NCBI GenBank assembly: GCA_947627635.1 | Contig: CANQWT010000013.1 | Location: forward strand, 1 to 26,909 | Source: an uncultured Bacilli bacterium | GTDB lineage: Bacteria; Bacillota_I; Bacilli_A; RF39; UBA660 | Length of the DNA stretch: 26,909 nucleotides | Direction: 5' to 3' | Part shown: one piece after another, positions 25,560 through 26,909 of the stretch | Layout: every line of letters starts with the position of its first letter | Numbering within the stretch: position 1 is the first letter of the stretch | Notes under the pieces: generated by a model | Databases searched by the model: none | Seen by the model: only the letters and a program-made list of their open reading frames with translations | Told to the model about the DNA's origin: nothing | Made by a program: the position numbers and the translations under genes

Positions 25560-26909
25560 TTATTGAGGTGTAAGAACCTGACGGAAAGAGCCATTTCCAT
25601 CTACATTACCATTCCATCCGTAGAATGTGAAAACTCCTGCGTATGTTTCATCCCCAGCTCGACCTCCACGATAGAACCATGGGCGTGTTGTACTCAATGT
25701 CCAAGGAGCATCACCATACCACCCTGCGACTTCGCCTAAGGCATGTCCCTTGCATGGATTTCCGTTACAGGCAGTTGCTATTGATATTGACGTGTAAACA
25801 TCATAGTATTTTTCATCGGGCCAGCCTCGTTCACTATCATAATTGCTTTCATCTGCGAGGAGTCCTGGATATCCTGAGTTCGCATTTGCTGTATTACCAC
25901 TTCGTTTCTCTAATACACCCATTGTATATTCCCAAGTAGCTCCATTTATATCATAAATTCCTGTGATGTTTCCTGTTGAACTTGCTCCGGCTCCTGCGTA
26001 GCCCTGACCATTTCCTCGGTCTACCATCACATCATATTGATTTGCACATGTTGTTGAACTACTTGCTGTTCCTTGTCCACTTGAACATCCTGTCATATAC
26101 CAATTGTAGTTATTTATAAATACTTGTTTATTTTCTCCGGTATATAATGGGTTACCATACTTTCCATATTTACTTTGTGTAAGGTAACTGATTAGTGCCC
26201 ACTCACTATTTTTTGAAGCATGACTATCATAGGTACTTTGATCAAAGCCATATATATTTTCTTCTTTTGTTATTCCCATAGACACTAACTCTAACGTTGA
26301 TATTCGAATTCCTCTCCATGAAGTAATATTAGGTTTGATTGCTACTAAGTTATCTGTATCCACATCTCCTGGACTTGTTCCATCAATTGATCCTGTCTCA
26401 AACTTACCTACCCATATCCCTGATAGGTTCTTCTCTCCAAACTTAAATCCTGGTGGAGTGTACCATCCACTTGGTGTATTTGAATTTGTATATTGGGCAC
26501 TTCCTTCATCTGTAGTAGAACTATTGATAAACTTCACGTCTATCTCTCCTGGTAAGGCTTGACTTGGTTCATCACTTCTTCCTTCCTCTTTCTTTCCATA
26601 GTAATGTGTTCCATCTTCACTCTTTATGGTGTAACTGTATCTCGGTATCCATACCCACATTTGGAGAATATCATCCATCTTTACTTCTTCTCCTGCTTCG
26701 GCATTCTTGTATGTCTCTCTACTTTCATTTGTTACTGTTACTGCATTCGCCCATTCTTGTTTATCGTAGTTATAATAGTCACTACTCTTCTTTACCCATG
26801 TCTTTCCATTGTATACGACTGGTATCATATTGTCACTTAGAACTGGAGGGTTTGCTCCACTCTTATCTTTTTCTATATAAGGTAATAAGTACTTACTATT
26901 ACTTGGAAA
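25560..26909 (-). CDS. FGE-sulfatase/C-type-lectin-like domain surface protein, paralog 2 (5'-partial; runs off window end)
   Basis: Manual translation upstream of the track start continues without a stop, ...FPSNSKYLLPYIEKDKSGANPPVLSDNMIPVVYNG, matching NPPVLSDNMIPVVYNG in paralog 1. The C-terminus is PWFYRGGRAGDETYAGVFTFYGWNGNVDGNGSFRQVLTPQ. Confidence 0.8.
   Translation of the reverse strand, partial: FPSNSKYLLPYIEKDKSGANPPVLSDNMIPVVYNGKTWVKKSSDYYNYDKQEWANAVTVTNESRETYKNAEAGEEVKMDDILQMWVWIPRYSYTIKSEDGTHYYGKKEEGRSDEPSQALPGEIDVKFINSSTTDEGSAQYTNSNTPSGWYTPPGFKFGEKNLSGIWVGKFETGSIDGTSPGDVDTDNLVAIKPNITSWRGIRISTLELVSMGITKEENIYGFDQSTYDSHASKNSEWALISYLTQSKYGKYGNPLYTGENKQVFINNYNWYMTGCSSGQGTASSSTTCANQYDVMVDRGNGQGYAGAGASSTGNITGIYDINGATWEYTMGVLEKRSGNTANANSGYPGLLADESNYDSERGWPDEKYYDVYTSISIATACNGNPCKGHALGEVAGWYGDAPWTLSTTRPWFYRGGRAGDETYAGVFTFYGWNGNVDGNGSFRQVLTPQ

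Overview
This is an AT-rich (about 30% GC by eye) chromosomal segment from a low-GC Gram-positive bacterium that forms endospores (CotE, SpoVID-like and YsxE/CotS-like genes are present). Most of it is conserved backbone, almost all on the minus strand: obg, three tandem transglutaminase-like paralogs, rpmA-prp-rplU, an SPFH protein, efp, rpmG (not in the ORF track), tig, rubrerythrin, [FeFe]-hydrogenase, ysxE-like/spoVID-like, lon, khpA, rpsP and cotE. Three accessory patches interrupt this backbone. (1) Coordinates 9816-15250 hold a Cys-rich secreted protein, a large membrane-anchored protein with a C-terminal FGE-sulfatase/C-type-lectin-like domain, an MBL-fold hydrolase and a Fic/Doc-family protein. 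They also hold two roughly 250-bp orphan cassettes that copy the last ~55 codons of the lectin-like genes, with near-identical flanks and diverged cores. (2) Coordinates 17226-20239 are a plus-strand cluster in which an SGNH hydrolase and a C39-like cysteine peptidase each carry the same unusual N-terminal two-helix membrane module. That module also ends the Cys-rich protein in patch 1. (3) Coordinates 25560-26909 hold a second lectin-like paralog that runs off the window edge. The C-terminal tips of the lectin-like proteins resemble DGR variable regions, but there is no reverse transcriptase in the window and the differences are not adenine-specific. I favour a silent-cassette or gene-conversion interpretation, with DGR still to be excluded in the flanking sequence. 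No rRNA, tRNA, CRISPR, transposase or integrase was recognised.
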